A stretch of 64,000 nt of DNA from Lachnospiraceae bacterium UBA7060 (GTDB lineage Bacteria; Bacillota; Clostridia; Lachnospirales; Lachnospiraceae), in contig DLAA01000017.1 in the NCBI GenBank assembly GCA_002493835.1, positions 375 to 64,374 of the forward strand, read 5' to 3'. Below, one piece after another: positions 37,808 through 46,524 of this stretch. The notes beneath the pieces were generated by a model. The model searched no databases. It was given only the letters and a program-made list of their open reading frames with translations, and was not told the DNA's origin. The position numbers and the translations under genes were made by a program. Every line of letters starts with the position of its first letter. The stretch's first letter is position 1.

Positions 37808-38144
37808 AATGTTTGGACAGAAAATGGAAGAGGTAAATACTTTTCGGGACCGGCAGCTTTTGGAGGAAAAAGAGCATGAGATGACCATCACGATGAGCGG
37901 GGATTCTCTGGAAAGTGCGGTGGGAAATCTGTTTCAGGCAATGCGCAAACAAGTATTCGAGGAGATAGGGCATCCCATTATTCAGATGGAGACGAGCGCG
38001 GTCTATTTCCAAAAGGTGAAGCTGAAACGGGAGACAGAGCGGTTTTTGTTTCTGTTTATGCCCCGGGAGAAAGTGTACTTTACCATTACGGCAAAGATCA
38101 TTGTGAAAGTAAAGTATTTGAATATAACAAAGGAGGACTTCTGA
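37794..38144 (+). CDS. DUF4312-family protein
   Basis: TERFLFLFMPR signature; cassette context. Confidence 0.8.
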   Translation: MEMSKMFGQKMEEVNTFRDRQLLEEKEHEMTITMSGDSLESAVGNLFQAMRKQVFEEIGHPIIQMETSAVYFQKVKLKRETERFLFLFMPREKVYFTITAKIIVKVKYLNITKEDF

Positions 38145-38145
38145 C

Positions 38146-38862
38146 ATGTTGGAAATTATTATCTACTCCGCCATTATCGGTGTCATTGGCGGCGGATGTA
38201 TTGCGGCGGGTGCGGCCCGTATGTTTCATGCGCCGGAAGTGCAGGCGATGGGAGCGTTTCGTACTTTAGGAGAGCTGAATGCCTGTAACGGCGACCCTAT
38301 CGCTCATTTTTCTTTCGGTTTGGGATTTTTCTTCTCATCGGCAGCTTCTGCAGTGGCGGCAGGCGCATTGACGCAGGATGTTATGCACCGTATTATTCCC
38401 AACTGGGGTGCTGCTGCACTTTTGGTGAAGAACAAAAAGCCGGAGGAGACTTTGCATAATCCGAGAAAAATGATGTGTGCGGGAGCAATCGTAGGCGGTG
38501 TGCTGATGATATTTTTGAACACCATGGCCCGGATTATCCCGGAGAAGCTTTCCCTGATTGCCTCTGAGGTGCTGACACCGGCGACCGGATGGCTGATTAA
38601 TCCGGTTATGCCTGCCATTTTCTGGCTGGCAGCTTTGGATGCAGGCGTACAGACCGGTATGTGGGGCAGCATTCTGGGAGGCGTCTCCGCACTGGTTTCC
38701 GGGAATGCAGTTCCTGGTGTTGTGCTTGGTATTTTGATCGGTAAGTCTGCGGAAGAAAATGGTTATAAGAGCAGAATTGTGCAGATCCTGATTGCGATCG
38801 TGATTGTTATGTTCCTCGTCATTGCGTATTTCAGAGGTTTCTTTAGCCAGTTTGGCTTATAA
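38146..38862 (+). CDS. DUF4311-family membrane protein
   Basis: GAARMFHAP..QAMGAFRTLGELNAC.GDP signature. Confidence 0.85.
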   Translation: MLEIIIYSAIIGVIGGGCIAAGAARMFHAPEVQAMGAFRTLGELNACNGDPIAHFSFGLGFFFSSAASAVAAGALTQDVMHRIIPNWGAAALLVKNKKPEETLHNPRKMMCAGAIVGGVLMIFLNTMARIIPEKLSLIASEVLTPATGWLINPVMPAIFWLAALDAGVQTGMWGSILGGVSALVSGNAVPGVVLGILIGKSAEENGYKSRIVQILIAIVIVMFLVIAYFRGFFSQFGL

Positions 38863-38871
38863 GACAGGGGG

Positions 38872-39528
38872 TTGAAAAGCATGGAAAAAAGAACATTCGG
38901 ACAGAAAATGGATGAGTTTTTGATGAAAGACAGTACCTTTATCCTGTTGATTATGGGTGCGGCTGCTGCGATTTTTGCAGGAACATTTATGTATATCCGC
39001 TTTGGTACAGGCGCGTTCAATGAGATTTCGATCGTGGCAATGCTCAGAGACGGTATGGACGGCGGGGACTATGCGGCTGCTGCGGGGTTTGCGGCAGGAT
39101 TTCTGATTGCCAGAGTTTTGGAAGGTCCCTTGGTTGGACTTTTGGATATTGGCGGTTCTTTGCAGACAGGTGTCGGTATCGGGCTTCCCGCGCTCTTCTT
39201 ATCGATGGGATGGCAGCTCCCGTTTTCCAATTTCTTTACCGCTCTGATCACAGGAGCTGTGATTGGCTTGATAATGGGTGTCGTGATCATGGTGATTCGT
39301 AAGGTTATGCCTGAAGGCGTTGCAGTGGGCGGCACCTCCGTTATGATGGGGGCAGGAAACGCTACTGGCCGTTATCTGGCGCCTCTGATTATCATTGCGG
39401 CTGCACAGTACAATGTGTATACAGGTATCGGCGCTGTGCTGGGCGCTGCACTTTTCTATAAGTGGGGTAAGGAAATGACTGGCGGTGCAATTCTGGGCGC
39501 GATGGTTTTGGGAGGAATTTTCCTGTAG
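38872..39528 (+). CDS. DUF4310-family membrane protein
   Basis: GAFNE, ARVLEGPLVGLLDIGGS, VMMGAGNATGRYLAPL. Confidence 0.85.
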   Translation: MKSMEKRTFGQKMDEFLMKDSTFILLIMGAAAAIFAGTFMYIRFGTGAFNEISIVAMLRDGMDGGDYAAAAGFAAGFLIARVLEGPLVGLLDIGGSLQTGVGIGLPALFLSMGWQLPFSNFFTALITGAVIGLIMGVVIMVIRKVMPEGVAVGGTSVMMGAGNATGRYLAPLIIIAAAQYNVYTGIGAVLGAALFYKWGKEMTGGAILGAMVLGGIFL

Positions 39529-39566
39529 GACTTTGGAATTGTAGAACTGGAATAGGAGAAACGAGT

Positions 39567-40679
39567 ATGAGTGTGTATCAGGATATTGGACTGAGCCGGG
39601 TGATCAATGCCAGCGGCCGTGTGACGGTATTAGGAGTATCTACAATCAGTGACCGGGTGGCAAAGGCGGCTGTAGCGGGCGGACAGTCCTATGTAGTAAT
39701 AGATGATCTCATGGTAAAGGCCGGGGAAATCATTTCCCGCTATACGGGAGCGGAGGACAGCTGTCCGACCGTGTGTGCATCGGCAGCTATCGCGATAACG
39801 GTTGCAGGTCTTATCACCAAAGGGAAGAAATCGCTTGTGGAGCGTATACCGGATTCTTCCGGATTGGCCAACGAGATTATTCTGCAGAAAGGACATGCGA
39901 TTAATTTCAATGTGCCCATTGAGACTATAATCCGTTTGGGCGGCGGTGTGCCGGTGGAAGCCGGAACGGCTACGGAGGTGGCGGCAGAAGATATAGAGGA
40001 GGCGATTACCGACAAGACGGTGGCGCTGATGTATGTGAAAAGCCACCACTGTGTGCAGAAGGGAATGGTGGATCTTCCGACCATGATTGAGATCGCCCAT
40101 AGAAATAAGCTTCCCCTTTTGGTAGACGCGGCTGCGGAGGAGGATTTCCGCAAGTATATTGCCATGGGCGCGGATTTGGTGTGCTACAGCGGTGCAAAGG
40201 CGCTGGAAGCAACCACATCGGGATTTGTGACCGGGAAAAAGGAATATATTACCTATGCGAGAAAACAGTACAAGGGCATTGGCCGGGCGATGAAGATCGG
40301 CAAAGAGGGCATTATGGGACTGTTGGAAGCGCTCGAGCAGTATGAGCATAAGGATCGTGCGGGTGAGGCTGAGAGGAACAAAGAGATCGCGATCTGGCTG
40401 AAAGACGCTATTAATCAAATTCCGGGACTGCGTTCGGAAGTAATCCAGGACGAGGCGGGCCGGGCGATTTACCGGGCGAGAGTATTTGTGGAACCGGACC
40501 AGGCGGGTATGACTGCGGTAGAACTTGAAGAGAAATTAAAAGAGGGGGATCCCACGGTGCGGTGCCGCACGGAATTTATGAGCCTGGGCAAGCTGGATTT
40601 TGATCCGAGACCGTTAGTTGAGGGCGATAAAGAACTGATTGTGGAGAAACTGAAAAAGATTATGGGAGCAGCGCAATAG
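39567..40679 (+). CDS. DgaE-family (SelA-like) PLP-dependent ammonia-lyase
   Basis: VINASG...LGVS, YVKSHH, VDAAAEED, YSGAKA (PLP Lys), GIGRAMKIGKE. Confidence 0.88.
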   Translation: MSVYQDIGLSRVINASGRVTVLGVSTISDRVAKAAVAGGQSYVVIDDLMVKAGEIISRYTGAEDSCPTVCASAAIAITVAGLITKGKKSLVERIPDSSGLANEIILQKGHAINFNVPIETIIRLGGGVPVEAGTATEVAAEDIEEAITDKTVALMYVKSHHCVQKGMVDLPTMIEIAHRNKLPLLVDAAAEEDFRKYIAMGADLVCYSGAKALEATTSGFVTGKKEYITYARKQYKGIGRAMKIGKEGIMGLLEALEQYEHKDRAGEAERNKEIAIWLKDAINQIPGLRSEVIQDEAGRAIYRARVFVEPDQAGMTAVELEEKLKEGDPTVRCRTEFMSLGKLDFDPRPLVEGDKELIVEKLKKIMGAAQ

Positions 40680-40702
40680 ACAGCGCAGAAATGAGGTTAA
40701 AG

Positions 40703-41434
40703 ATGGGAATTAATTATTATAAAGGCAGAGTCTGCTTGAATGTGTTGGGCGGCAGTTTAAAAAATGCGCAGGAAATTTATGAGGCGGCGGAGAAACATGT
40801 GATTGTGGGAGTACTCTCTGCGAATTATCCCGATGTATCGAGTGCGGTGGAGGATATGAAGAAGTACATGGAAGTTCTGGAGGGCAATCTTTCCGTAGGC
40901 CTTGGCGGAGGCAATCCGGCGCAGTGGAAAGCTGTAGGAGATATCGCGAAAGAGATCAAGGCAAATCATTTTAATCAGGTATTTTCCGCGGTGGGTTACA
41001 CAAGAGCTAACGTGGGCAATGAGGAAGCGCATATCAACTCCTTGGTATCTCCTTGTGGGAAGACTGGCTTCGTAAAAATTTCTACGGGCCCGCTCTCCAA
41101 GGACTGCGAACCCGCAGTAGTTCCCGTGGATACGGCAATTGCCATGATTAAGGAGATGGGTGGTAACTCTGTGAAATTCTTCCCGATGGGAGGCTTAAAA
41201 TGCAGGGATGAACTGAAGGCAGTAGCGGAGGCATGTGCGAGAAATCACTTTGTGATGGAGCCTACCGGAGGAATTGACTTGGATAATTTCCGTGAAATTA
41301 TGCAGATCATACTGGATGCAGGCGTGGAACAGATTATCCCTCATGTGTATTCCTCGATTATCGATAAAGAAAGCGGGGATACACGCACAGAAGATGTTAA
41401 GAAACTTTTGGGAATTGTAAAAGAACTGGTATAA
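40703..41434 (+). CDS. KDGP aldolase (DgaF/DUF1341 family)
   Basis: [51 protein letters not shown]. Confidence 0.88.
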   Translation: MGINYYKGRVCLNVLGGSLKNAQEIYEAAEKHVIVGVLSANYPDVSSAVEDMKKYMEVLEGNLSVGLGGGNPAQWKAVGDIAKEIKANHFNQVFSAVGYTRANVGNEEAHINSLVSPCGKTGFVKISTGPLSKDCEPAVVPVDTAIAMIKEMGGNSVKFFPMGGLKCRDELKAVAEACARNHFVMEPTGGIDLDNFREIMQIILDAGVEQIIPHVYSSIIDKESGDTRTEDVKKLLGIVKELV

Positions 41435-41436
41435 AA

Positions 41437-41495
41437 AATCGAGCTTTGCTCGATTGCGAGCTTTGCACGATTGTGAGCTTCGCACCGCGAACTCG
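41437..41495. repeat. Tandem 17-bp palindromic (REP-like) repeat, about 3 units
   Basis: CGAGCTTTGCTCGATTG / CGAGCTTTGCACGATTG / TGAGCTTCGCAC; unit 1 folds as AATCGAGC-TTT-GCTCGATT. Confidence 0.75.
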
Positions 41496-41504
41496 AATAA
41501 TGAT

Positions 41505-41534
41505 GGGGACCGCTGTTATTATGCGGTCCCTTTT
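41505..41534 (+). terminator. Rho-independent terminator
   Basis: GGGACCGC-TGTTATTAT-GCGGTCCC-TTTT. Confidence 0.75.
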
Positions 41535-41585
41535 CAAATCTTTGGAATACATGATATAATAATCGAAAAAAACAAAGGAGAGAGA

Positions 41586-42224
41586 ATGAGAAATCAGGAA
41601 AATGTATTTATTATGAATCATCCGTTGATCCAGCACAAGATTTCACAGCTTCGGGATATTCACACGGGAACAAACGAGTTCAGGCAGTGTATTGAAGAGA
41701 TTGCCATGTTAATGGGGTACGAGGCGCTCAGAGATCTGCCCTTGGAAGATGTGGAGGTGCAGACTCCCATAGAGACATGCATGACGCCCAGGATAGCAGG
41801 GAAAAAGCTGGCAGTCGTTCCCATTCTGCGTGCCGGTCTTGGCATGGTAAACGGCATATTGGCCCTGGTTCCCAGCGCGAAAGTCGGGCATATCGGTCTT
41901 TTCAGAGATCCGGACACACATGAACCGCATGAGTATTACTGTAAGCTGCCTGAACCCATCGAACAGAGGACAATTGTGGTGGTGGATCCCATGCTTGCCA
42001 CTGGCGGTTCCGGTTCGGCAGCGGTGGATTTTATAAAACAACATGGCGGTGTCAACATTAAGTTTATGTGTATTATTGCAGCGCCGGAAGGAGTGGAGCG
42101 GCTGCGCAAAGACCACCCGGATGTGCAGTTATATATAGGGCATATAGACCGCTGTTTGAATGAGCACGCGTATATCTGCCCCGGGCTTGGGGATGCTGGT
42201 GATCGGATATTTGGTACGAAATAA
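41586..42224 (+). CDS. upp: Uracil phosphoribosyltransferase
   Basis: [42 protein letters not shown]. Confidence 0.97.
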   Translation: MRNQENVFIMNHPLIQHKISQLRDIHTGTNEFRQCIEEIAMLMGYEALRDLPLEDVEVQTPIETCMTPRIAGKKLAVVPILRAGLGMVNGILALVPSAKVGHIGLFRDPDTHEPHEYYCKLPEPIEQRTIVVVDPMLATGGSGSAAVDFIKQHGGVNIKFMCIIAAPEGVERLRKDHPDVQLYIGHIDRCLNEHAYICPGLGDAGDRIFGTK

Positions 42225-42243
42225 AATATCCTGCGGAAATACA

Positions 42244-44160
42244 TCAGCAAGTATACTCCGCATACCCTCCTTTCGTCCCCTTTTTTACTTTATAGAGGGC
42301 CTCGTCCGCGCGGCTTAAGAGTTCTGAGATGGTCTTTGTTGCAGCATCCACCAGGGCAAAGCCGCATGAGGCACTGATGATTTTTGTTTGTGTGTCGGAC
42401 AGCGCAACGGCGTTGTGTCGAAGCGCTTCATAAAATGTGTCCAAATAATCAATGATTTCTGTCTTGTCATTGCAGTCAAAAATAAACATACAAAATTCGT
42501 CCCCGGAACGTCTCGCAGACAGGAAGTGATTTTCCGGCATGGATTTCATGACATTTGAAAAGCTTTGGAGATAGCGGTCGCCTGCGTCATGCCCGTAAGT
42601 ATCGTTTATGGACTTAAAATGGTCTAAATCCAGCATAACCACGGCGGCGGTCTTTCCGGGCGTCATGTTCATCACTGTCTCTGCACACATTTCCTTAAAA
42701 GAATCGAATTTATATAATCCAGTGAGGGGATCATGGGCGTTTTCGTAACAGAGCTGCATTTTTTGGAGGATATCATCAGTGACGTCCGTTATGATGCCGA
42801 GATATCCTTCCGGAGATTCTGACAGATGGATGCGCACGTACCTGTTCTCATTGATCTGATAAATTTCGGTTTCACCCTTAATGGGCATTTGGGTAATCGA
42901 ACGGATATATTGATCAAACAAAGCGGAGTTATGGTAAAGTTCTGCGGCTTTTTTCTCCGTCAGATTCAGAAGGGTACTTAATCCGGTAGTGACAAACACA
43001 TGATGGATACCCCTCTCATATTCAAAAGCCGCCAGTGGGATGCCGCTGATTTCTATGATTGCGGAGATGCGGTCGGAAAGATTCACAATGCTTTTAACCA
43101 TTGTGTTGATGCTGCTGCTCAATTCCTCAAATTCCCGGTTTCCACTGACAGAAACAGTAGTATCTAGGTTACCATTTGTAATGGAATCCAAGTTATAAAG
43201 AATATTGTGAATGCCGTTTATGACATTCCGTTTGACAAGATAATTCAAGAGGAGAATTACAACCACTTCAATGAACAGCAGGTAGAAGAAGGTCGCAATA
43301 ATGTTTTTCCAGAGCTTTTGAAAGAGAATGTTTCTGGGCAGAGCGGCGCACAGTAAAATATCGCCATAGGGCCTGCTGACCACGTACATGGTTGTGTTTT
43401 CTGTTCCCCTTCGATAGGTGCCCTTTGTGCAGTCTGACAGTAAATCCAGACGGTAGCAGTCGGCAGAAAAATCCTGCTGCAAACCGTCGGAATGTCCAAG
43501 GACGCTTCCGGTGGAGACATCTACTACGAAAAGTTCTTCGCCGATATCAGTGGGGAATTTGGAGAAAATATAGTCGTATGTATTACGGGACTGTGCCTCT
43601 AACTGTCTGGTGGGCGTGAATCCAACCTGAATTACACCTGGTTTCTCTTTGCGCGCAACACCTACATACTGCATGATTTTACTCTCAGCAGCATTGGGAC
43701 GGGCCTCTTGAATCAGATAGGCATCTTCGTCTCCGCGGCCGATGAGATTAAGAAAAGGACGTGTCTGCTCATGAGCGCCCATGTCAAAATTGACATATTT
43801 GGAGACGGAGGAGGAAACAATAATACCGTTTTCATCAATGACATGAAGTTCGTCTACATTCAGCAGATTTGCAAGATACTGCATTTGTTCCACATCCATG
43901 GACACTTCTTCCTGCCTGTCCAGGACATAGGCGGCGGCTCTTGCTCTTGTCAGGTAATCTTCGTCGAGACTTTCCCGGAGCAGATCCAGTTCTGCCTGGT
44001 TATTTTCGAGCGTGTGTATCATTTGTTCTGTCTTGGCATAAAAGGTATTGAACTGCTGCGATTCTAATAAATGCAGATTAAAGATAAAATTGACGAGGAG
44101 AATGACAAATATAGCTGTCGTTATAATATAAATAGTATCTTTGATAAAGGTCTTTTGCAT
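42244..44160 (-). CDS. Membrane-bound diguanylate cyclase (sensor-HAMP-GGDEF; SGDEF variant)
   Basis: Two TM segments, HAMP, HDPLTGL, DLDHFKSINDTYGHDAGD, ARRSGDEF, ADEALY. Confidence 0.9.
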   Translation of the reverse strand: MQKTFIKDTIYIITTAIFVILLVNFIFNLHLLESQQFNTFYAKTEQMIHTLENNQAELDLLRESLDEDYLTRARAAAYVLDRQEEVSMDVEQMQYLANLLNVDELHVIDENGIIVSSSVSKYVNFDMGAHEQTRPFLNLIGRGDEDAYLIQEARPNAAESKIMQYVGVARKEKPGVIQVGFTPTRQLEAQSRNTYDYIFSKFPTDIGEELFVVDVSTGSVLGHSDGLQQDFSADCYRLDLLSDCTKGTYRRGTENTTMYVVSRPYGDILLCAALPRNILFQKLWKNIIATFFYLLFIEVVVILLLNYLVKRNVINGIHNILYNLDSITNGNLDTTVSVSGNREFEELSSSINTMVKSIVNLSDRISAIIEISGIPLAAFEYERGIHHVFVTTGLSTLLNLTEKKAAELYHNSALFDQYIRSITQMPIKGETEIYQINENRYVRIHLSESPEGYLGIITDVTDDILQKMQLCYENAHDPLTGLYKFDSFKEMCAETVMNMTPGKTAAVVMLDLDHFKSINDTYGHDAGDRYLQSFSNVMKSMPENHFLSARRSGDEFCMFIFDCNDKTEIIDYLDTFYEALRHNAVALSDTQTKIISASCGFALVDAATKTISELLSRADEALYKVKKGTKGGYAEYTC

Positions 44161-44243
44161 AGAGGCTTCTCCCTTCAGGGCGGTAGAGTATATTATATCA
44201 TCTAATGGGCATCTGATTTACCTTTTTTCTGCGTAAAAGGAGA

Positions 44244-45542
44244 TTAAAATTTCACATACAAGATAATCCGGAATTGACCGTTTTCGCAGTAACATTCTAT
44301 ATTCCCGCCCAGCTTGTCAGAGAAAGCCTCCACGCTCTGCATTCCCAGGCCGTGCCCTTTTCCTCTCTTGCTTTTGGGAAGGCCCGTTACGGAATCAAAA
44401 TGGATTTTTCCTGTATATTTATTTTCTATGTCGATAAGTAAATCTTTTGCTGTGCAGAATACTTTGGCATTTATATATTTGTCAGCGGGCGCCAGATCTT
44501 TTGTACTAAATACAGCGTTTTCCAGGAGATTTGCGAGTACCATGGCAAATTCATATTCGTTGACCGGAAGCAGCTTGGGGATTTGAACATCCATATGTAG
44601 AGTGATCTCAAAAGTCCGGGCCTGCTCGGTTATTTGTACGAAAATGGTGTTAACGACCAGATTTTTACTATATCGATTGACTTTGTTTTCGTCCACGACT
44701 TCCTTGATATGCTTAGTCATGTTTTTAATTTCTTCATATTCCTCTTGCTCTAAAAGGGAGTTTATTGCCATGGAGTAATGTCGCATGTCGTGACGCAGTA
44801 TTTTTAGATTCTGTTCAGACTGTTCTACTAAGTAATTTTGACTTTCCAGTCCTTTGATATAGGATTCGAACATCACATTTCGCCAATATTCTTCGACTTG
44901 TTTTGCCTCACTGTCCAGATAACGCATGGCTACCACATAGGAGACGAGCATAGTGATCATCAAAAAAATACTGACAAGGATATTTTCTGGAAAATTGTAA
45001 AGCGTATAAGGGAAAAATGCGAGACAGGAAAAACTGCAGTAAAAAAATACGGGAATCAGACATAATTCCCACCAGCTTTTCCCGAGATCCCGTTCGCAGA
45101 ATTTTTGAAATATATTCCCAATTTTGCGGTAAAGGATTTGCAGAATTACAAGGTGCATCAAAAGATTCCCTGCCAGCGCCAGATGTACATTGTTTGTATA
45201 TATGTACAAAATGGACGCAGTGATACTTCCAACTATCACATAATTGGACGCGCTCAGACTGATAAAGAGAACCCGGCTGTCTCGTCTCTTGGATATAAAA
45301 AGTCCTGTAAACTGTGCAATGGCAATCTGCAGGATTGTTGTAAAGAAGTAAACCAGGCGGCTTTCCGGGTACAGATTTAATTTTAACAGATCCAACAGAT
45401 TCATCACAGAACAGGATATGAAGCAGATAGCGATTGTTTTTATTTTGGAATAACGGTGTATCATAAACAGATAGATAAACGCTACAAAAAACACATGACT
45501 CAGTATATAAGATATGTTTTTTAAATAAGTCATTTCTGTCAC
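44244..45542 (-). CDS. AgrC/VirS-like GHKL sensor histidine kinase
   Basis: About 6-7 N-terminal TM segments; LRHDMRH H-box, NLLENA, GHGLG. Confidence 0.9.
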   Translation of the reverse strand: MTEMTYLKNISYILSHVFFVAFIYLFMIHRYSKIKTIAICFISCSVMNLLDLLKLNLYPESRLVYFFTTILQIAIAQFTGLFISKRRDSRVLFISLSASNYVIVGSITASILYIYTNNVHLALAGNLLMHLVILQILYRKIGNIFQKFCERDLGKSWWELCLIPVFFYCSFSCLAFFPYTLYNFPENILVSIFLMITMLVSYVVAMRYLDSEAKQVEEYWRNVMFESYIKGLESQNYLVEQSEQNLKILRHDMRHYSMAINSLLEQEEYEEIKNMTKHIKEVVDENKVNRYSKNLVVNTIFVQITEQARTFEITLHMDVQIPKLLPVNEYEFAMVLANLLENAVFSTKDLAPADKYINAKVFCTAKDLLIDIENKYTGKIHFDSVTGLPKSKRGKGHGLGMQSVEAFSDKLGGNIECYCENGQFRIILYVKF

Positions 45543-46277
45543 CTACCTGTATTTTTCGGAAATATAAATAAGATATTCCCGCTTGACGTTTGCTGATCTT
45601 GCTTTACTGACAGGAAGCAGCGTGCCCGATTCCATGATTGCACAATCCGAGGTCAGCTGTCTTACGTAATCAAGATTGATGAGAAAAGATTTGTGAGTCT
45701 GTAAAAAATTTCTCTTTGCTGAAACTTCTTTAATTTCTTCCTCAAAGGATTTTCTGATAAAAAGACTTTTCAGAATTTCTCCATTTATAAGATGTACTTC
45801 CAGTCGTCTGCCGGCATTTTCTATATATTCTATTTTGGAACAGGGACGCTGAAGCAGTCCATCAGCTGTCTTGATCAGATATAGGGGTTCTGTTTTTGCT
45901 TTTGTGTAAGAAAAAGCGCAGTCCAGTGCTTCAAAAAACATATTTTCATCTATAGGCTTCAAGAGGTATCTTACCGCATGTACCCCATAGGCATCCAATG
46001 CATGATCATCTGAGGAGGTAATATAGATAATCACGCTTTCATACCCGGACATCCGGATCTGCCTGCCAATATCAAGTCCTGTCCGTACGGGCATCAGCAT
46101 ATCCAGTATGTAGATTTCTGTCATATTGCCTTCTTTGATTTTCTGATATAATCTGGATGGGTCCGAAAACTTTTCCAGATCGAAGTCTCTATCCGGATGT
46201 TGAGATTTGTACTTTGATAATAATTTATCTATTTGAAGCAGATCTTTTATACTGTCATCACAAACTGTTATTTTCAT
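45543..46277 (-). CDS. LytTR-family response regulator (AgrA/VirR-like)
   Basis: VCDD, ILDMLMP, YLLKP; FLQTHKSFLINL LytTR motif. Confidence 0.93.
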   Translation of the reverse strand: MKITVCDDSIKDLLQIDKLLSKYKSQHPDRDFDLEKFSDPSRLYQKIKEGNMTEIYILDMLMPVRTGLDIGRQIRMSGYESVIIYITSSDDHALDAYGVHAVRYLLKPIDENMFFEALDCAFSYTKAKTEPLYLIKTADGLLQRPCSKIEYIENAGRRLEVHLINGEILKSLFIRKSFEEEIKEVSAKRNFLQTHKSFLINLDYVRQLTSDCAIMESGTLLPVSKARSANVKREYLIYISEKYR

Positions 46278-46524
46278 AGATATTTATTCCCGATTTTTTG
46301 TTAATAATACATCTATTTAAATTATATCGAACTCAAAAGTGTTTATCAATCAAAAGGACTATGAAGTTTATGACGGAATTGTGAAGAAATGACAGAAATA
46401 TGCGAAAAAATGGAATTGACACTGCATCTGCCGAAGCTTTTATAAAAATAAATATCTTTTCATTCTTTGCGTAGAATGATAAGATAGAAATATAAAAACA
46501 TTTTTTCACGGCAATGAGGAGGGT

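Noticed and set aside
39567-40679. Selenocysteine synthase SelA
   Set aside because: The length, motifs and adjacency to KDGP aldolase fit the DgaE family; no selB, selC or selD is present.
41437-41495. Possible mini-CRISPR array
   Set aside because: The units are 17 bp and directly adjacent with no spacers, and there are no cas genes. Treated as a REP-like repeat.
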